DNA of 64,000 nucleotides from Patescibacteria group bacterium (GCA_038062675.1 JBBTWP010000001.1:186059-250058); one strand, 5' to 3'; shown: positions 1-10,653, counted from the stretch's first letter. Numbers and translations: made by a program. The notes: generated by a model from the letters alone, not told the origin.

Positions 1-19
1 AAACTACTGAGGAGGATTT

Positions 20-370
20 ATGCGTAAGCCCTTGTGCTACAACAAAGTCCCTGAAGATCGTTGCGCCGTTATCCCCCGAGAGCAGTCGGAAGAATTATCC
101 AAACTTGCCGGACAACGTATTCCGTCTGGAAATCCTTGGCTTCCCTGCGCTCTTGAAAAAGGGCATAAAGGCGATTGTGTTCCTATGTGCAACAAACCTG
201 TTGCTGGAAGATATGTTCGAATACCTTCTCAAAGAGGTCCAAAAGGAAGGGTTGTTGAGGAATTATGCTGGCTACCCAAAGGACACAAGGAAGGATGCCG
301 AGACAAACATGGATTTCTTGAAATCTATCGTACGTTTACGGTCTCTGAAAGAAGATTATTCCACCGATGA
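20..370 (+). CDS. hypothetical Cys-rich small protein
   Basis: ORF with a strong SD (gaggagg) 8 nt upstream of ATG 20. No recognisable family. An alternative-frame ORF at 105..425 overlaps it. Confidence 0.3.
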   Translation: MRKPLCYNKVPEDRCAVIPREQSEELSKLAGQRIPSGNPWLPCALEKGHKGDCVPMCNKPVAGRYVRIPSQRGPKGRVVEELCWLPKGHKEGCRDKHGFLEIYRTFTVSERRLFHR

Positions 371-454
371 GCACAACATTAAACCTCATACTTCAATAAG
401 GAGTGTGAGGTTTTTTTATGCATGAAGGTATCTGCACTTAAACAGATAAGTTTT

Positions 455-1288
455 TTAATAATGACCGCGTGCGTACACCATGGCACCATAGAGCCCCCCA
501 AAATCTTCAAGTGTCGCTTTTTCAACAAGAGGGATGGTTGGGAAAATTTTGCAGATTTTTTCAAGATGTGCACGCACAAGAGGCACAGGAATTCCAACTT
601 CTTTCATCATTGAGCCACCAAGCACAATAATATCCGGTGACCAGTACGCAATTATATTATTGAGCCCATAGGCGAGAAACTTTGCCAATTCATCCCACAC
701 TGCATCGTCGTGAATTTCATGCGGTTTTTTACCGAAACGTTTTTCAATCGCAGTTCCTGAAATATATGCTTCGAGGTCATTCCCCTCGCAGGTTGGACAA
801 AGGGTATTATCCGGATCGATAATCTGATGCCCCGGTTCGAACCCTTGCGAGCTTTCGTCAATAAGTCCGTCCACGATACGCGCACCGCCAACACCGGTAC
901 TTACTGTAATATATGCAACAATAGTCTTGCCTCGCCCCGCACCAAAATGCGCCTCGCCCAAACCAACGAGAGCTGCGTCATTCTCCAGCATAACTGGAAC
1001 TTTAAACGCATCAGCAAGAGCATTTTTGATATCACGTCCAACCCACCCACCTAGATTGGGACTTTTTACCAACATGTTTTTTTCCTTATTTAAAGGACCG
1101 GCAATACCTCCCACGATTGCTTGAATCGGAGTACCGTTTGCAATATTGCCAATGATGCGCTTCAACGTTTCAATGCCTTCGTTGAAATCTTTTGGCGTGG
1201 CAATGACCACCGGAGCTCCGGTGAATTTTTCTTTGTCTGCGCCAACCACACGCATTTTTGTCCCTCCAATATCAAATAAAATATACAT
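455..1288 (-). CDS. ROK family sugar kinase (glucokinase-like)
   Basis: N-terminal ILFDIGGTKMR. ROK hallmark ENDAALVGLGE. GVGGARIV and Cys-containing CPTCEGNDLE segments. Confidence 0.8.
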   Translation of the reverse strand: MYILFDIGGTKMRVVGADKEKFTGAPVVIATPKDFNEGIETLKRIIGNIANGTPIQAIVGGIAGPLNKEKNMLVKSPNLGGWVGRDIKNALADAFKVPVMLENDAALVGLGEAHFGAGRGKTIVAYITVSTGVGGARIVDGLIDESSQGFEPGHQIIDPDNTLCPTCEGNDLEAYISGTAIEKRFGKKPHEIHDDAVWDELAKFLAYGLNNIIAYWSPDIIVLGGSMMKEVGIPVPLVRAHLEKICKIFPTIPLVEKATLEDFGGLYGAMVYARGHY

Positions 1289-1300
1289 AGAATCGTTGAA

Positions 1301-1921
1301 TTACTTAATAAGCACTACGCGTGCCGGCGCGCCATCAATATCGCCCATTTTGAGAGGCAATCCGGCAAACAAATAACTTCCGGCACTCGCTTTGGCGAGA
1401 TCGAGTCCTTCAAAGATTACAATACCCTTTTTCAACAGCGCTGTATGCGGACGCTGATCATCACCTCCGCGTTTTTTCACCGAGAGCGCATCAATACCAA
1501 ACAGCATAATACCTTTCTTCGCCAAATAATCCGCCGCATCGCCATCAAGGTATACGTAGTCGTCATAAAAAGTTTTAAATCCGCGTCTTGAATTGCTTGT
1601 TTTTGCCAAAATACGCTCTCCTTTTTTGATAGCGTGTTTTTTTAGATCCTCTACGGTTATACACTTTTTTGACCTTGTGCAATCGAGCACGCGACAATTC
1701 CCAACAAATTTTGAAAGGGGGATTTTGTTCATGCCTACACCATTTGTAAATGAATGTCGCGGAGCATCAACGTGGGTTCCGGTATGAGTGCCGAAAGAAA
1801 CAAGCGAACGCAGAGTAGTTTCACCTTGCACGCTCTCTATTTTTACCTCAGGATTTTGAGGGTAAGTAATCATCCCCTCTTCGACTGTTAAAGATATGTC
1901 GATTATTTTTTTGAATTTCAT
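1301..1921 (-). CDS. cyclase-family protein (kynurenine formamidase-like)
   Basis: HTGTHVDAPRH motif characteristic of the putative cyclase / arylformamidase family. Confidence 0.7.
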   Translation of the reverse strand: MKFKKIIDISLTVEEGMITYPQNPEVKIESVQGETTLRSLVSFGTHTGTHVDAPRHSFTNGVGMNKIPLSKFVGNCRVLDCTRSKKCITVEDLKKHAIKKGERILAKTSNSRRGFKTFYDDYVYLDGDAADYLAKKGIMLFGIDALSVKKRGGDDQRPHTALLKKGIVIFEGLDLAKASAGSYLFAGLPLKMGDIDGAPARVVLIK

Positions 1922-1922
1922 G

Positions 1923-2831
1923 CTATTCTTTTTCTTGTTTTACTTCATGTCCGCCAAACTGATTGCGGAGTGCGGACACAACCTGCCCCGTATAGCTTGG
2001 ATTTTTTTGAGAATCTTCGCGAAACTTGAGCGAGCCCTCAATAATCGGCACAGGAACCCCGAGCTCTTTTGCGGTTTCCACCGTCCACAAACCCTCTCCA
2101 CTGTGCGACACTTTCCCGGAAATAGTTTTGAGATCTGTTCCGTATGTCTCAAAAGCGCTCTTCGCCCACCCCACCAAACGAGACTCAATAACACTTTGAT
2201 GATTGTACAGATCCGCCACGCGCACAAGGTCAAGGTCAAATGCGGATTTTTTGAGCACCTCAAATCCCTCGCCAAGAGCCTGCATCATGCCGTACTCAAT
2301 ACCATTGTGCACCATTTTTACAAAATGCCCGGCACCCACCTTGCCCATATAAGCATAGCCGTCCGGAACAGAAATGTCTTTAAATAATTCTTCATGCGCA
2401 TCAAACACATTCTTGTCGCCCCCCACCATCGTACACGCACCCTCGCGAGCCCCGCGGGGACCACCACTGGTACCAGCATCCATAAAGTGAATACCTTTCT
2501 TTTCAAGTTCCGCTCCGTGACGCATCGATTCTTTATAGAATGAATTCCCCCCGTCAATAACAACATCGCCCGCCTGAAGAAGTGGTGTGAGTTCAGCAAG
2601 CACCGCGTCAACCGCTTTATGAGGAACCATGAGCCATATCAGACGAGGCAACGTAAGCTTGCTCGTCATTTCTTCGAGCGTATACGCGGGCATCGCCCCC
2701 AATTCTTCAAGAGCGACAATGGGCGCAGGGCTTGTGTTATAGGCCACAACCTCCCACCCCTTTTCCAAAAGCCGCTCTGCCATCCCCTTTCCCATTTTCC
2801 CCAAACCGACATATCCAATTGTTTTTTTCAT
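1923..2831 (-). CDS. gnd: 6-phosphogluconate dehydrogenase (decarboxylating), short NAD-binding form
   Basis: GYVGLGKMGKGMAERL Rossmann motif. About 300 aa YqeC-like 6PGDH. Adjacent to zwf. Confidence 0.8.
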   Translation of the reverse strand: MKKTIGYVGLGKMGKGMAERLLEKGWEVVAYNTSPAPIVALEELGAMPAYTLEEMTSKLTLPRLIWLMVPHKAVDAVLAELTPLLQAGDVVIDGGNSFYKESMRHGAELEKKGIHFMDAGTSGGPRGAREGACTMVGGDKNVFDAHEELFKDISVPDGYAYMGKVGAGHFVKMVHNGIEYGMMQALGEGFEVLKKSAFDLDLVRVADLYNHQSVIESRLVGWAKSAFETYGTDLKTISGKVSHSGEGLWTVETAKELGVPVPIIEGSLKFREDSQKNPSYTGQVVSALRNQFGGHEVKQEKE

Positions 2832-2889
2832 ATTTGTGCCTTTAGTATATCAAACATATTGTCATTCCTAAAACATATCGATAGTGCAA

Positions 2890-4326
2890 CTATCCGCGCG
2901 GCTTTTCCAGTCCACGACTGCCCTTTTTATACCTATGAAGAGGGATGTTTTTTAGCACATCAAGAATTGGTGTAATGAATCCCCAACTTGCAGACACCTC
3001 TTCAGTGCTTGCAAAGAGCATCTGGTCGCCAGCAATGCCGTCAAACAAAACTTTTTCGTATGCGTCCACGAGCTGTGCTTCGGAGGATGGCTGGCGATAT
3101 GAAAAAGAGAGTTCTTTTGGTTCAAGCTCAGGAATCAATCCCGGTTTTTTTGCCCAAAAAAGAATCGAGATGCCTTCGTTGGGTTGTATCCTGAAAGTAA
3201 GAATATTTTGATGATGGTGCTCTGCCCCCGGAGGACAGAGACAGGATTCTGTTTTTTTGAAATATACTTTTATTTCAGTTTTTTCTTCATCAAGCGCTTT
3301 CCCACTTTCGAGAATAAAGGGAACTCCGCGCCACCTTGGGTTGTCTACGGCAACCTCCATGCGAAAATATGTTTCCGTTTGAGAATCTTTTGATACAGAA
3401 GCAATATCTCCGTATCCTTCGTACTGTCCGCGCACAAGCGGTATGTTTTCTGTTCCTGAAGTTATGGGACGAAGTGCACGCAAGACTTCGGCTCGAGACT
3501 TACGAATTCGTGAAGCCTCGAGTTCGATAGGGTCTTCCATTGCTACAAAAGTAAGCATTTGAAGCATGTGATTTTGTCCGACATCACGGAGTGCCCCCAC
3601 CGCATCATAGAAAGCACCTCTGTTTTGTACATCTCCTTTTTCCAAAAGCGAAATTTCAACGCGCTCTATATATGTATTGTTCCAAAGAGGCTCAAGCAAC
3701 ATATTGGAAAACCGAAACATAAGGATATCTTGGAGTGCCTCCTTTGCGAGATAGTGGTCGATGCGAAAAATTTGCTCTTCTTTGAAAAGCTTTCCGAGTG
3801 TGTCATCGAGCTCGCGTGCTGTTATCACATCGTTTCCAAACGGTTTCTCGACAAGTATGCGTGTCCATCCTGTTTCATCACTGCAAGATGCTGCAATGCC
3901 GGAATGGGCGAGGTTTTCAAATATCGCTTTGTAGTAGATTGGCGGGACTGCAAGATAAAAAAGTTTACTGGCGCATTGCCCCAAACGAAATTCTTCGGCC
4001 GCAAGAACTTCCCCTAAATGCTGATAGCTTTCAAGGTTATCAAATGATCCCTGAGCATACGAAATATTCGAAAGAAATTCTTCCAAACGGTCGCGTGACA
4101 CCAAAATAGGAGCCTTGCTTTCTATTGATTCTTTTGCAAATTGTCGATACTCATCATTTGAGAGTGCGCGGCGAGATACTCCCACAATATGAAATCTTTT
4201 TGGCAAAAACCCTCTGGTAAAAAGACTAAAGAGAGACGGAATGAGTTTTTTGGTACTCAAATCCCCCGTCGCGCCAAAAATGGTTATGATGGTTGGTGGA
4301 ATCATTACAGTATCACGAGAAGACAT
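2890..4326 (-). CDS. zwf: glucose-6-phosphate 1-dehydrogenase
   Basis: FGATGDLSTKKLIPSL NADP site and RIDHYLAKE G6PD signature. Confidence 0.9.
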   Translation of the reverse strand: MSSRDTVMIPPTIITIFGATGDLSTKKLIPSLFSLFTRGFLPKRFHIVGVSRRALSNDEYRQFAKESIESKAPILVSRDRLEEFLSNISYAQGSFDNLESYQHLGEVLAAEEFRLGQCASKLFYLAVPPIYYKAIFENLAHSGIAASCSDETGWTRILVEKPFGNDVITARELDDTLGKLFKEEQIFRIDHYLAKEALQDILMFRFSNMLLEPLWNNTYIERVEISLLEKGDVQNRGAFYDAVGALRDVGQNHMLQMLTFVAMEDPIELEASRIRKSRAEVLRALRPITSGTENIPLVRGQYEGYGDIASVSKDSQTETYFRMEVAVDNPRWRGVPFILESGKALDEEKTEIKVYFKKTESCLCPPGAEHHHQNILTFRIQPNEGISILFWAKKPGLIPELEPKELSFSYRQPSSEAQLVDAYEKVLFDGIAGDQMLFASTEEVSASWGFITPILDVLKNIPLHRYKKGSRGLEKPRG

Positions 4327-4337
4327 ATTTTTTGAGA

Positions 4338-6332
4338 CTAATTTTCTTGATAGAGGGGGTTACACCTTAGGCAAATACCGAGTTCTTCAAGTCGATTTAA
4401 GTATTTAATAACCGTAATAATATATTCTGCATGGCTCCATGCGAGCGGAGTAGCGGAAAGCTGCTCACCGGTGAATGGGTCGAGCTGTTCGGAAAGCATA
4501 CCTGAAGGGCCAGCATATTTCAATGTCCACGCAATCCATTTTTTCACTTCTTCAAAATCAGACTCTTTTTTTGCCCGAGCAATATAATACTGCGCAAGCC
4601 AAAGCGTAGTGATGATCCAAGGATTTCCGGGAACGCCAGTCGCGGAACGGAAGTAGCGATCATTTTCATAGCGCACCACACCTGAGATATTTGTCTTGCA
4701 AAGAATGCGCGCTTCAACCTGTTCGATGGCACGCGCCAATCGTGGGTCGTCGATGTCCAAAACCCCAAAAGTAAATACGCCGTAGATGCTCGACATATCG
4801 AGTGTTTTATCATACACAAATGTGCCATCATCAAGCACATTTAACATTTTGACGAAAATTCCTTCCTGTTCATCATACAAGTACGTGAGCATTGCCTGCT
4901 TAATCTCAAACGCCGCTGTACTATATACATGTTCGCTCTTTTCTTTACCGAGAAGCTTAGCAAACTTTGAAGCAGCAACGAGTGCACCGTAAACGGATGC
5001 AGCAGTAAAGGTGTGTATGCCGAATTTTTCTTCCCAAAGGTCATAGGACGCTTTAGGCAGACGAGTTTTAGGGTCACGGTATCCAACCATAAAGTCGGCA
5101 GCTTTTTTAATGAGCGTGTTATACACACTTTCGATGAATTCGAGGTCTTTCGTGTGTGTGTAATATTGCCAGAGCGCAATAAGGATCAATGCCGTTTCGT
5201 CTTCTTGGATAGGAAGTTCAATTTTCCCATCGCGCATCCATGGATGCCACGAGCTCCCAAGTGAACCGTCAGCTCGATATTTGTGCATAAAATATCCATC
5301 TTCCGTTATGATTGAGTTGCAGAAATTGAAAAAACGTTCTGCAATGTTGCCATTTCCTGTGCGAATAAACGCCATCATAGAAAATGCTCCGTCGCGCGGC
5401 CACACATAACCATACGTATCACGTCCGCTCTGAAGCATTCCAGAATCTGCGGAAGCGATAATCGAACCATGACGATCCGTATGTGAATGAATCATGAAGA
5501 GCGATTTTTTGAAAAGCGAAATTTCTTCTTTTTTAAGTCCGTAAAAATTGAAATCGTATTTGTTCACCCATGCGTGCCAATAATCGTGTGCGCTGCGAAC
5601 AAGGTGACCGGGTCTTTTCTCAAGCACATACGCATTAAGGTCGCGCGCCTCTTTGATTGATTCCGCAACAGCAACCCAATAGTAGAATGTTTTTGATTCA
5701 TGAGGAGCAAGGTTGAGATAAAATCCCAACACGGAATCCGACGGACCATGTTCAATGAGGTTTTTAGCAAGCAGGCCGTCTTCGGCGTCTTTGAAACTTC
5801 CTTCTTTTCCTTCAATTTTAAAAATGCCAGTCGTGTAATCATCAAACCCTCCATGATCAGAAACACCGTTGACAAGAAAAACGCGCTTGCCATTGTAGTG
5901 AATTACCGCGTGATGAATTGGGTCAAAATATGCCGTATCTCCTCGGTGCGATTCGTAAATCTCAAACTCATGATTAAAGAAGACCTTTATGGTGCGTGCA
6001 CGATCAGAATCATTCGTCACCGTAACTTCGCGTAAAAAAATATTTTTTTCATTATAGACTGAATCGTTAAGCTTGATTTTAACTCCTAATGCGCTGTTCT
6101 GCGCGAGCGTTTCACCAGCAAGAGCGGAATCCTGAAAATCTGAATCAATCCTCCAGTTTGAATGCGTAAACCAATTGAGTTGCCCGTCGGCGTACGCTCC
6201 CACGCGATGCGAAAAATGCCCACCGATGTGATTTTCGAGCCCAACATACGGAAAATAGATGTCACGAACCTCGGCGTACTTATCTGTGCAAACAAGCATA
6301 TTTCCGTTTCCAAGTGAAAGTGGTCTGGACAT
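4338..6332 (-). CDS. glycoside hydrolase family 15 (glucoamylase/glucodextranase-like)
   Basis: 664 aa with N-terminal beta-sandwich plus (alpha/alpha)6 catalytic region typical of bacterial GH15. Sits in an alpha-glucan gene cluster. Confidence 0.7.
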   Translation of the reverse strand: MSRPLSLGNGNMLVCTDKYAEVRDIYFPYVGLENHIGGHFSHRVGAYADGQLNWFTHSNWRIDSDFQDSALAGETLAQNSALGVKIKLNDSVYNEKNIFLREVTVTNDSDRARTIKVFFNHEFEIYESHRGDTAYFDPIHHAVIHYNGKRVFLVNGVSDHGGFDDYTTGIFKIEGKEGSFKDAEDGLLAKNLIEHGPSDSVLGFYLNLAPHESKTFYYWVAVAESIKEARDLNAYVLEKRPGHLVRSAHDYWHAWVNKYDFNFYGLKKEEISLFKKSLFMIHSHTDRHGSIIASADSGMLQSGRDTYGYVWPRDGAFSMMAFIRTGNGNIAERFFNFCNSIITEDGYFMHKYRADGSLGSSWHPWMRDGKIELPIQEDETALILIALWQYYTHTKDLEFIESVYNTLIKKAADFMVGYRDPKTRLPKASYDLWEEKFGIHTFTAASVYGALVAASKFAKLLGKEKSEHVYSTAAFEIKQAMLTYLYDEQEGIFVKMLNVLDDGTFVYDKTLDMSSIYGVFTFGVLDIDDPRLARAIEQVEARILCKTNISGVVRYENDRYFRSATGVPGNPWIITTLWLAQYYIARAKKESDFEEVKKWIAWTLKYAGPSGMLSEQLDPFTGEQLSATPLAWSHAEYIITVIKYLNRLEELGICLRCNPLYQEN

Positions 6333-6344
6333 AGTGTTGTTATG

Positions 6345-7685
6345 TTATTTCCTCACGGTACTTTTACCTCGCGGAACAAGTTTCTTTTTCTTTAAAACGT
6401 GTCCAGTTTTTTTCTGAGCGATTTTTGAAATACTTTTCCCATGTATTGCACTCTTGCGCGTCGTTGAAATTTTGTTTTTTTCTTTTGGTTTATGAGAGAG
6501 GATACGAAGCTTGAGGTCTTGAAGAGCGTTCATATAGGCAATAAAAGCTTCGTAGGGAGTGTTGTAAGGGTTAAAATATTTGTGTACATCCCCGTCAGAA
6601 AACCACTTTGTACACATATAATAAAAGTGATCAGAGGTTTGCAAGCGGCGCCAGTCGTCAATAATCCGCGCATCTTCTGTCTTCAAAGCCTGTTCTTCGA
6701 GTTCGTAGATACTTCGAATGGCGTCATGTTGCATTGGATTTGAGAGCCATGCGGACAAATCACGCTCAACATCTGCCCATGACATAAAATGATGCACATC
6801 AAGCTCAGCAACAGGCTCATAAAGTGCAATAGCTTCCGAAGGAGTCACAAAGTTGTTGTCGGGGTTTCGTAAAATTTCTTCAGGCAAATGTCGGAGGAAA
6901 TTAAAAATTCCGGTGTCTTCCCACTGGTGCTCACCAAAAGTCTCATAGTCCATAAAAAGATTAACGAGATTCCCCCCGCCATTCACCTGTGATACCCAGT
7001 CAGCAAATTTTGGTGCCGTGAGAGGAAACTCTGCCCAGTCGCGTGAAGAAAAACGAAAAGCAATATCATCCGAGAGACGATAATTTTTCAACAAAAGTTT
7101 AATTTTTGAGGTCCCTTGAGGGCGATAAAGGAAATTGGGGCTCCTCCAGCCCAAAACATGATCCGCTCCTTCGGCGAGAATCCCCTTGTAGCCCATCTTT
7201 TCGACTTCGTGCGCCAAAGCGTTATTGTAAATGAGTTCAGTATTGCGGAAAACTGTCGGTGTTACACCAAAAAGCTTTTGGACTTTTGCGCGATGAAGAG
7301 CAACCTGACGACGAAATTCTTCCGGCGAATACAAAAAAGAAAGTGAGTGGTAGTAGGTTTCCTCGAGTACTTCTACGCGTCCTGTCGCCACAAGTTTTTG
7401 AAATGATTCGAGTGTTTCTGGACTAAACATTTCGAGCTGTTCGAGAAAAACACCGGAAAAAGAAAAACTGACTTTGAATTCGGGATGCTTGTTAAGAAGT
7501 TCGAGCAAGACAGCATTTGCCGGTAAGTAACACTTCCCCGCCACTTTGTGTAAAATTTTTTTGTTGTTAATCGAGCGATCAGAATCATCATTGAAGTACT
7601 CGCTGTCATTTCCAATGTCAAAAACGCGATAATCCTTGACGCGAAAGGGCTGATGAACTTGAAAATAAAAACAGACAGATGCCAT
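6345..7685 (-). CDS. glycoside hydrolase family 57 (alpha-amylase/4-alpha-glucanotransferase-like)
   Basis: N-terminal FYFQVHQPFR (GH57 HQP motif). Lysine-rich C-terminal tail. Confidence 0.7.
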   Translation of the reverse strand: MASVCFYFQVHQPFRVKDYRVFDIGNDSEYFNDDSDRSINNKKILHKVAGKCYLPANAVLLELLNKHPEFKVSFSFSGVFLEQLEMFSPETLESFQKLVATGRVEVLEETYYHSLSFLYSPEEFRRQVALHRAKVQKLFGVTPTVFRNTELIYNNALAHEVEKMGYKGILAEGADHVLGWRSPNFLYRPQGTSKIKLLLKNYRLSDDIAFRFSSRDWAEFPLTAPKFADWVSQVNGGGNLVNLFMDYETFGEHQWEDTGIFNFLRHLPEEILRNPDNNFVTPSEAIALYEPVAELDVHHFMSWADVERDLSAWLSNPMQHDAIRSIYELEEQALKTEDARIIDDWRRLQTSDHFYYMCTKWFSDGDVHKYFNPYNTPYEAFIAYMNALQDLKLRILSHKPKEKNKISTTRKSAIHGKSISKIAQKKTGHVLKKKKLVPRGKSTVRK

Positions 7686-7720
7686 ATAAGTTTATTATAT
7701 CAGATTTTTCTGAGAAACAA

Positions 7721-8953
7721 TCAAATGAATCTCGACTCTGGCGCAGGACCGCACGAGCAAATTACTTTTGTGTAATAATCGATGCATTTTTGACCCGCCA
7801 CATCCCAATTCACCTGCCGAACTTCCTTGCGACTATTTCCCCACAGTGTGTCTTTGAGGGATTTATGTGACACAACCCCCAAAATCTTGTTCGCCATATC
7901 CTCGACATCCCAAAAGTCTGTCTTGAGTGCGTGCACAAGAACCTCCGAAACGCCTGACTGCTTTGAAACAAGGACTGGTGCACCGGCAATGATTGCTTCT
8001 AGTGGTGTAAGCCCAAACGGTTCCGACACCGACGGCATCACAAATAAATCAGCCGCACGATAGGCAGCATGCAAATCTTGTCCGCGCAGAAAACCGACAA
8101 AGAGAACGTGGTCACCAATACCGAGGTATGTCGCCTCCAACATCATTTGTCGTTCCATGTCACCACTTCCCGCCACCAAGAACAGCACATTGGGATTCAC
8201 ATCAAGCACGCGTTTCGCCGCGCGTACAAAATATTCGGGTCCTTTTTGAATCGTAATGCGCCCCGCAAAAAGCACAATCTTTTGCCCTGAATGTTTGAGT
8301 TCGATAAATCGCTCAGGAATATCCTCATAGTCGCACTCATCGATACCATTGTGCACAACCTGCACCTTGTCCGGCGAAATACCGTAATGTTCGACGATTT
8401 TTTGTTTAGTAAAATTACTCACGGCAATAATACCGTCGGCAAAATTCATTCCATCACGTTCAATCTGATAGACCTCTTGGTTTACCCCCTGTCCACCAGT
8501 GCGATCAAACTCAGTCGCATGCATGTGTACAATGAGTGGCTTGCCTGAGACGCGTTTTGCTTCAATTCCTGCCAAAAACGAAAGCCAATCATGGGCATGA
8601 ATGACGTCAAACTTCTCTTTTTTTGCAATTTCTCGCGCACGAAGGGCGTACCGATGTACTTCTTGGAGTAAAGTTCCACCGTAGATTTCAGTTTGCGTTT
8701 TGTCGCGCTCGCGAAGGTACCCCTCAGAGGTTACGTACGGCTTCAGTGTGGATTCGATGGTGTGAAATTTGATGCGTTTGGTATCAGCAAACACCATTTT
8801 CATAAACGAGGAAGCAACACCAACCTTTTTGGGGAGTACAAAAATGATTTCAATTCTTTTTGCAGCGAGTGCACGCGTCAAGCCGAAACAGGCTGTGCCG
8901 AGACCACCACTGTTATGAGGTGGAAATTCCCATCCGAACATAAGTACGCGCAT
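7721..8953 (-). CDS. GT4-family glycosyltransferase (glycogen/alpha-glucan synthase-like)
   Basis: MRVLMFGWEFPP start, internal to the 444-aa ORF. GT4 EX7E region EPFGLTPLEA. Clustered with GH57 and GH15. Confidence 0.75.
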   Translation of the reverse strand: MRVLMFGWEFPPHNSGGLGTACFGLTRALAAKRIEIIFVLPKKVGVASSFMKMVFADTKRIKFHTIESTLKPYVTSEGYLRERDKTQTEIYGGTLLQEVHRYALRAREIAKKEKFDVIHAHDWLSFLAGIEAKRVSGKPLIVHMHATEFDRTGGQGVNQEVYQIERDGMNFADGIIAVSNFTKQKIVEHYGISPDKVQVVHNGIDECDYEDIPERFIELKHSGQKIVLFAGRITIQKGPEYFVRAAKRVLDVNPNVLFLVAGSGDMERQMMLEATYLGIGDHVLFVGFLRGQDLHAAYRAADLFVMPSVSEPFGLTPLEAIIAGAPVLVSKQSGVSEVLVHALKTDFWDVEDMANKILGVVSHKSLKDTLWGNSRKEVRQVNWDVAGQKCIDYYTKVICSCGPAPESRFI

Positions 8954-9031
8954 AATATAAAGTTTGCTCTTATTGTACCATGCCGTAAGATGAAAAAGTG
9001 CAAAAATTTGTGTGGATAAGAATTTACTAAC

Positions 9032-9066
9032 AAAAAAAACTGCCACATGAGTCATGTGGCAGTTTT
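9032..9066 (-). terminator. rho-independent terminator
   Basis: Hairpin ctgccacatgagtcatgtggcag flanked by an A-run and a T-run. Downstream of minus ORF 9085..9558. Confidence 0.7.
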
Positions 9067-9084
9067 AAATCTAGTACCTTTTGA

Positions 9085-9558
9085 CTAAATAGTTTCAGGT
9101 GATTCGATCTTTACAATCTTATAGAGCGACCGCCTAGCTTTTCCATGCGACCATGACGCTTTTTTCTCTACCGTCTCAAGAAGGACCCAATTTCTTGACG
9201 CTACTTTGTATCTAAAAAAGAGTATTTTGCCTAGAGGGCTGCTTAAAACCTGTAAATTTAAGTAGACACCGTGGTAGTAAGTAATTTCTTGAACAACAAA
9301 CGTGCCTTCTTGAGCAGTCCCGCTGCAATGAATTTGCAATACGTCATTTTTATTAATCAAGGAGCTGTAGCTAATTGCCTTATTTCCACATGCATTATGT
9401 CTGCCTAAGTAATAATCACTCAACTGATTCTTGTTACTGAGTAATTGAATGTTCTTTGTTCCACAGTGCGGACAGGTAAGTGCTCCCTTTTGGGGGCCTA
9501 CTAATTGTTTACCGCTCTTTTTAAAGAAAACAACGGTCATCTTTTTTTCAATAGTCAC
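9085..9558 (-). CDS. hypothetical protein (CxxC-containing)
   Basis: ORF followed by a strong terminator. No family recognised. Confidence 0.45.
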   Translation of the reverse strand: MTIEKKMTVVFFKKSGKQLVGPQKGALTCPHCGTKNIQLLSNKNQLSDYYLGRHNACGNKAISYSSLINKNDVLQIHCSGTAQEGTFVVQEITYYHGVYLNLQVLSSPLGKILFFRYKVASRNWVLLETVEKKASWSHGKARRSLYKIVKIESPETI

Positions 9559-9666
9559 GAAACACGCCCTCTATATTTGTTGGTACATGGTTGTTTTCAA
9601 TATCCACTTAAAACATAGCACATTTTATGACGTTTGTACAGAGTTACTATCGAAATTCTGCTGGTA

Positions 9667-9695
9667 TTGATTTTCCAAATTGAGTATGTTATAAT
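9667..9695 (+). promoter_or_regulatory. sigma70-like promoter (TTGATT-17-TATAAT)
   Basis: -35 TTGATT at 9667-9672, 17-nt spacer, consensus -10 TATAAT at 9690-9695, just upstream of the 9702 start. Confidence 0.55.
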
Positions 9696-9701
9696 ATAAA
9701 A

Positions 9702-10418
9702 ATGAATGAAGAAACCTCATACCCAATGCGCATCAATCGCTACTTGGCACAAAAAGGATTTAGCACGCGTCGTGGCGCCGACAATATCATTACCAAAGGA
9801 TTGGTAAAAATAAACGGTGTTGTCGCGACCCTCGGTACAAAAGTACAAGAAAAAGACGTCGTTGAGGTTGCGGAATCTGTGCTTCTCAAAAATGCTTTAC
9901 AGTACCGCTACGTCGCCTACCACAAACCTCGTGGCATGACGACCGACCTCCAGAAAGACACCCAAGGTATTATCGGCGGTACGCCAGCACTCCGCGGACT
10001 CTTCCCTCTTGGTCGCCTCGACAAAGACTCGCACGGACTCCTTATCCTCACCAACGACGGCCGTCTCACCGACCGCCTTCTTCACCCCGACCATGCGCAT
10101 GAAAAAGAATACTTGGTCAGAGTTGATAAACCAGTGACGGACAGTTTTGTACGCCACCTTGAACGTGGCATCAACATTGAAGGCTATCGCACCAAACCTG
10201 CGGTTGCTCGTCGTGCCGGAGAAACCACCTTTCGTATCACACTCACCGAAGGAAAGAAGCATCAGATTCGTCGCATGTGCGCAGCAGAAGGTTTTCAAGT
10301 TGAAGACCTTGCCCGTGTACGCATCATGAGCATTAAATTGGGAACACTCAAAGAAACGGCGTACCGAAGCATCGAAGGCGCAGAGCTTGCGCTTCTTCTC
10401 AAACAAATAGGGCTCTAA
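9702..10418 (+). CDS. rRNA pseudouridine synthase (RsuA/RluB family)
   Basis: S4 domain (RINRYLAQKGFSTRR) and catalytic GRLDKDSHGLLILTNDG. Confidence 0.85.
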   Translation: MNEETSYPMRINRYLAQKGFSTRRGADNIITKGLVKINGVVATLGTKVQEKDVVEVAESVLLKNALQYRYVAYHKPRGMTTDLQKDTQGIIGGTPALRGLFPLGRLDKDSHGLLILTNDGRLTDRLLHPDHAHEKEYLVRVDKPVTDSFVRHLERGINIEGYRTKPAVARRAGETTFRITLTEGKKHQIRRMCAAEGFQVEDLARVRIMSIKLGTLKETAYRSIEGAELALLLKQIGL

Positions 10419-10424
10419 GAGCCA

Positions 10425-10630
10425 CGAAACTCCTTACTCGGCGCATCACTTTAAGGGTACGGATTTAGGTCGCGCCCAACGGACTTGCGCGACACGATTC
10501 CGCGGAATCGAAAATCCTGAAGTTCACCACAGGGGTACTTCAATCTCTAATCGCTTTGCTCAAGAGATTTTGGTCGCTCGCGTCGCCACGCTCGAAACCC
10601 CCTTAAAGTGATGCGCCTCGACAAGTTTCG
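10425..10630. repeat. structured about 200-nt element closed by an 18-bp perfect inverted repeat (MITE-like or ncRNA)
   Basis: ggcgcatcactttaaggg at 10440-10457 and its exact reverse complement at 10600-10617. Internal local hairpins gtcgcgc...gcgcgac and cgattccgcggaatcg. Confidence 0.5.
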
Positions 10631-10653
10631 TAATTCAAAGTAGAGTAGCTCAA

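Noticed and set aside
105-425. Alternative-frame ORF overlapping 20..370
   Set aside because: Both overlap. The 20..370 frame has the strong upstream SD. Neither has a recognisable family, so only one was listed, at low confidence.
1896-2387. Plus-strand ORF (163 aa) overlapping gnd
   Set aside because: Lies antisense within a well-supported 6PGDH gene. Composition-driven open frame.
10425-10630. 6S RNA assignment for the inverted-repeat-bounded element
   Set aside because: 6S requires extended pairing between 5' and 3' arms around a central bubble. Here only the terminal 18-25 bp pair, while the interior forms local hairpins.
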